Shown: piece by piece, positions 59,710 to 64,000 of the stretch
How positions within the stretch are numbered: position 1 is the first letter of the stretch
Layout: each line of letters starts with the position of its first letter
Source of the DNA: Macrostomum hystrix
Taxonomy: Eukaryota; Animalia; Platyhelminthes
DNA length: 64,000 bases
Assembly: GCA_950097015.1 (NCBI GenBank)
Contig: CATNEN010000030.1
Span: forward strand, 2,170,001-2,234,000
Direction of reading: 5' to 3'
Translations under genes and position numbers: made by a program
Notes under the pieces: model-generated
Told to the model about the DNA's origin: nothing
Seen by the model: the letters and a program-made list of their open reading frames with translations, nothing else
The model's database searches: none

Positions 59710-60150
59710 ACACAATGCCCAGTTGGATCAGTTGTAACGCTGCACAGCCGCAGCTAATTGTTCTGTGCAAGGCTGTGTACAGCTGTTCAGTCCGTGGACT
59801 GGCGAGGTCGCCACACTCATCCGAATTTCTAACCCCAGCTGTTGGCACATTATTTGGTGACCCTAGACCTGCAGCAAGCGAGGAGGCAATTCTGCCCATT
59901 TCGCTGACTCCTGAGCACACACGCACACAGATCCCGTACGCAGGCACACGCTCACGCAGGTGTGTACATCTGCCCTGACTTTCTCATCGTCAGGCAGTGT
60001 ACACTCTCACTGTGCTTTGGACGTTGGCCCTCAAGCTCCCAAGCCTTCTCTCCGCGACTGCGCCCTTAATGAATGTGGCCTCGCCGCGGAATCGAACTTA
60101 GGGACCGTGGTGCGAGAGGCAAACGCGTTGGACCACTCTACCAGTCACCC
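59710..60150 (-). mobile_element. Chimeric SINE: family A head and body joined to a family B 3' tail
   Basis: 60150-59850 matches family A; 59850-59710 matches the family B tail (CAGTCCACGGACTGAACAGCTGTACACAGCCTT). Confidence 0.75.
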
Positions 60151-60261
60151 CCTCTGGCACCCTTTCTATATAGCTAGGTAAAATGAAGCACTAGTTTTTT
60201 GCAGTAGGAAAATGAGAAAGTTAACTAAGCTAATATTTTTATCCTAAGAGCCATTTTTTTA

Positions 60262-60556
60262 TATTACACCTGCCCCAATCGGGCCAGGTGTGCAGCCGAC
60301 AGCACAGCCGCAGCTATTGCGCGGCGCATCTGAAGGCTGCGTACAGCTGTTCAGTCCATGGACTGGGGGGACGCCACACCCACCTTCAATTATCCCAGCT
60401 AATACTGGTACTCATTTAACAGCTGGGTGAACTGAAGCAATGCAGAGTTAAGTGTCTTGCTAAAGGACACAAATTGTTTCAGTGGAGAGTCGAGAATCGA
60501 ACCCCCGACCTTCAAGTCGTGAGTCCGACGCCCTAACTACTAGGCTACAACCTCTA
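60262..60556 (-). mobile_element. SINE family B (CORE-SINE), full-length copy
   Basis: Near-identical to the 58795 copy but with a single tRNA-Val-like head. Confidence 0.88.
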
Positions 60557-60603
60557 AGAGCAATTGAAAATCAATAACGCGAAATCTTATGTTCTTGTAG
60601 GCT

Positions 60604-60680
60604 ATGAAGAACGCAAACTATTTAATTCTGATTGTCCTCTGGGCGGCTGTTTCTGCCAGCAGTCATAAATACCAGTCCTC

Positions 60681-60714
<34 letters not shown>

Positions 60715-62178
60715 GAGTACTGCACTCGCGACAGCGGATGCAGTGAGGAGTCACAGCGGGACCCAGCAGGCCTAGATTGCACAGAATGGGCCCGCGATGA
60801 GGCAGCCAGCGAGACCGTTCCAGATTGGCTCGATCGGCTGCGACTGAGGCATCCATGCCCGTCAGATGCGGCCGCGGCAATCGCAGCTGTTGAAGCCGGC
60901 GCCTGGCAAAGCGACTTCTGCTGCAGCGGAGCAGACGGTCTGCTGACTGGCTGGCTGAAGCCGTGGCTCTGCGGCGGCTCCGACTGCGGCTTCCACATCG
61001 GTGCGGACTTCTGCGTGCGCAGCTTGCCACTGGAGCTGCCGGATGGTACCTCGGCCAGGCAGCAGTGCTGCTACGCCACGGCCAAGGGACTGCCAAAAAG
61101 GTTAGGCCCGGTAAAATTTTCTTGGAAACCATCGTCATCTCTGCTATAATAACCTCAGTGACTCGGTGCCACCACAACTGCGGGTAACTCCACAAATCTT
61201 TGACACAGGGGGTGACACAGGGTAGATGGAGAGTGATATTAACTAACATTTGAAACAAGAAACTGAAATTCATTTTGACGCCTTGATTATATAAAATTGT
61301 TAATATGGCGAGCGAATGTGTAAAAACTTAATGGCCTCTTTACCGAGTTGTTTTTTAAATAATATTTTGAAAGACGTTGAAAACTTTGTAGAGGCGTTGT
61401 GAAGTCGCAAATTTTGAGTTAATTGAGCTTGTTTGGTAACATCCAGCGTTTTTGGCAGCATTTTCAGTTGCTTCTGAAACCCGATAAAGCGGTACTGGCA
61501 TGTCTGTCACCGCTGTCACTATCAGCATCAGAACAATTATGATTGCAATCGCCTGGTCACAGAAGCGTTTGCAAATGATGGTCATATCTTCACACGAGCT
61601 CACGAGCCACATGAAAAATATCCTCAAATCAAAGCGGAACAGTTGGGGATTGAGGCAGAGCGGTTAACGCTATTGCACCTCGCGCCATGGTCCCTGAGCT
61701 CGATTTCTCAGCGAGGCCATTCATTTCGGGCTTGGCAGCTTGTTGAGCAATTGAATCCCTTGAGGGCCAACCTCGAAGGCACATTTAAAGTGTACAACGC
61801 CGGACGATGATAAAGTCAGGGCAGATGTACACACCCCTGTGTGAGTGTGTGCATGCGTACAGGATATGGGCAGAATTGCCTCCTCGCTGGCTGGGGGTCT
61901 ATAATCATCAAACGATGTGCCAATGCCCGCAGCCCTCCCGCAATAATTACAGTATTTTGTATTATTATTATTACTCTTGCAGTAGCGGCCACTTACTGAT
62001 TGATCCTACCGCCGGGGCTGGAACGGCTGACAGACGAGCCGACGTTTTCGGCCACTGGTCCGTTGACGTTCGACCATTTCTAGCGTGCTGCCGTCTGGCT
62101 GACGGAAGCAATCGGCTTGTTCTAGGCAGCGCCGCCTGCGCTGTTTACTTCAACAGGAGACCGTCAAATCACAGATAA
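60604..62178 (+). CDS. Secreted stand-alone AMOP-domain protein, 230 aa, 2 exons
   Basis: Exons 60604-61100 and 61983-62178 (phase 2, in frame). Signal peptide, poly-Q, then CTEW...PCP...WQSD...CGFHIGADFCVRS...QQCCY...GAGTADR...HWSVDVRPFLACC...CAVYFNRRP, the AMOP pattern of isthmin/MUC4/SUSD2. Confidence 0.85.
61646..61945 (+). mobile_element. SINE family A, diverged full-length copy in the AMOP gene intron
   Basis: GGCAGAGCGGTTAACGC head, GATGATAAAGTCAGGGCAGATGTACACAC body, GGGCAGAATTGCCTCCTCGCTGGCTG tail. Confidence 0.85.
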
Positions 62179-62694
62179 ATGTTTGCGTGCGTGAAGACTA
62201 CAGAGTTTTGCGTAACAAAAGTATTTGCAATAAACTGTACTGTATGCATGCAATACTTGCCTAGTAACAAGTGGAAATGAGCAAAAATATATGACAAATG
62301 AATCTACTTCCTAGATACACTCATTCTTTGCTTCAAATTCTAATCATAGATGAACTATTATAAAAGTCACTGGCGAAACGTTGAAAACGTTTTAAGAGCG
62401 AAAATTGAGGTCACCGTGAAGCACCATGAAGCACATTGTCCTTGCAATCATGATAGGTTACTTCCGCATTTCCTATAGTTTGATTGCTAAAATCCGGATA
62501 GCTGTGCGTCACTGCGATCGGAGTTTATGGTACCCGGGTAGCCGTTTTTTAACAGCTTTTTGTCATGAGATCTAGAAATTCAAAAATCAGCTCGCGACTG
62601 TACAAAGTTTTGTGCTTGAAATGAGATGAAATTAAACAAGACAAAACAAATGAAAAAAGGCCGTATGCAAACTCAGAAAAAGTGGCCTAGATGA

Positions 62695-64000
62695 GGGAAA
62701 TAGCATATGAGAGAGAGAATGAGACAATGGCACAGAGGAGTGAGAGAATGGCACATAGGAGAAAGAGAGAATGACACAGAGGAGTGAAAGAGTGGCACAG
62801 AGGAGTGAGAGAATGGCACAGAGGAGTGAGAGAATGGCACAGAGGAGTGAGAGAGTGGCACAGAGGAGTGAGAGAATGGCACATAGGAGAAAGAGAGAAT
62901 GACACAGAGGAGTGAAAGAGTGGCACAGAGGAGTGAGAGAATGGCACAGAGGAGTGAGAGAATGGCACAGAGGAGTGAGAGAGTGGCACAGAGAAGTGAG
63001 AGAGTGGCACAGAGGAGTGAGAGAATGGCACAGAGGAGTGAGAGAATGGCACAGAGGAGTGAGAGAGTGGCACAGAGGAGTGAGAGAATGGCACAGAGGA
63101 GTGAGAGAGTGGCACAGAGTAGTGAGAGAGTGGCACAGAGGAGTGAGAGAATGGCACAGAGGAGTGAGAGAATGGCACAGAGGAGTGAGAGAGTGGCACA
63201 GAGGAGTGAGAGAATGGCACAGAGGAGTGAGAGAATGGCACAGAGGAGTGAGAGAATGGCACAGAGGAGTGAGAGAATGGCACAGAGGAGTGAGAGAGTG
63301 GCACAGAGGAGTGAGAGAATGGCACAGAGGAGTGAGAGAATGGCACAGAGGAGTGAGAGAATGGCACAGAGGAGTGAGAGAATGGCACAGAGGAGTGAGA
63401 GAATGGCACAGAGGAGTGAGAGAATGGCACAGAGGAGTGAGAGAATGGCACAGAGGAGTGAGAGAGTGGCACAGAGGAGTGAGAGAATGGCACAGAGGAG
63501 TGAGAGAATGGCACAGAGGAGTGAGAGAGTGGCACAGAGGAGTGAGAGAGTGGCACAGAGTAGTGAGAGAGTGGCACAGAGGAGTGAGAGAATGGCACAG
63601 AGGAGTGAGAGAATGGCACAGAGGAGTGAGAGAATGGCACAGAGGAGTGAGAGAATGGCACAGAGGAGTGAGAGAATGGCACAGAGGAGTGAGAGAGTGG
63701 CACAGAGGAGTGAAAGAGTGGCACAGAGGAGTGAGAGAATGGCACAGAGGAGTGAGAGAATGGCACAGAGGAGTGAGAGAATGGCACAGAGGAGTGAGAG
63801 AATGGCACAGAGGAGTGAGAGAATGGCACAGAGGAGTGAGAGAATGGCACAGAGGAGTGAGAGAATGGCACAGAGGAGTGAGAGAATGGCACAGAGGAGT
63901 GAGAGAATGGCACAGAGGAGTGAGAGAATGGCACAGAGGAGTGAGAGAATGGCACAGAGGAGTGAGAGAATGGCACATAGGAGAAAGAGAGAATGACACA
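62695..64000. repeat. Minisatellite, 21 bp unit GAGAGAATGGCACAGAGGAGT (runs off window end)
   Basis: Direct tandem repetition; source of the LCHSLTP / AQRSERM ORFs. Confidence 0.98.

Noticed and set aside
60602-61273. 223-aa antisense ORF, and similar shadow ORFs over 12281-13686, 23369-24239, 25955-27312, 38644-40881 and 53368-54448
   Set aside because: Opposite-strand or alternate-frame shadows of GC-rich real exons with no recognisable motifs
62632-63999. Long ORFs on both strands (LCHSLTP, PFSHSSV, AQRSERM)
   Set aside because: 21-bp satellite lacking stops in several frames; the same applies to the ORFs over the arrays at 97-478, 16274-16876, 18184-18666, 34422-34815, 42804-43688, 50007-50489 and 54929-55688

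Overview
This is eukaryotic (animal) genomic DNA, not prokaryotic. It has GC-rich exons, AT-rich GT-AG introns and about 20 unrelated minisatellite arrays, many filling large introns. That architecture suggests a Macrostomum-type flatworm, but the host is an inference only. I built gene models by hand from splice sites and checked each for frame. Recognisable genes: SLC30A7/ZnT7 (5' part), RPL24, a PMF1/Nnf1-like gene, FoxJ2/3, an 8-exon TRPC channel, an SLC22 transporter, a 3-exon ankyrin-repeat/Ser-Thr kinase and a 9-exon all-ankyrin protein. The window also holds an unusually dense set of small secreted proteins: an eclosion-hormone-like 6-Cys peptide, a possible 4-Cys relative of it, an achatin-like GYFN/GFIN/GFFN precursor, a follistatin/Kazal protein with a poly-Arg insert, a stand-alone AMOP protein and two orphans. 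Mobile DNA comprises a TTAA-flanked MITE, a decayed LINE reverse transcriptase, two tRNA-headed SINE families (one CORE/MIR-like) and one chimera of the two. A copy of the TRPC 3' end forms the immediate downstream (putative 3'UTR) sequence of an oppositely oriented secreted-protein gene. All family calls are by eye; no database searches were run.
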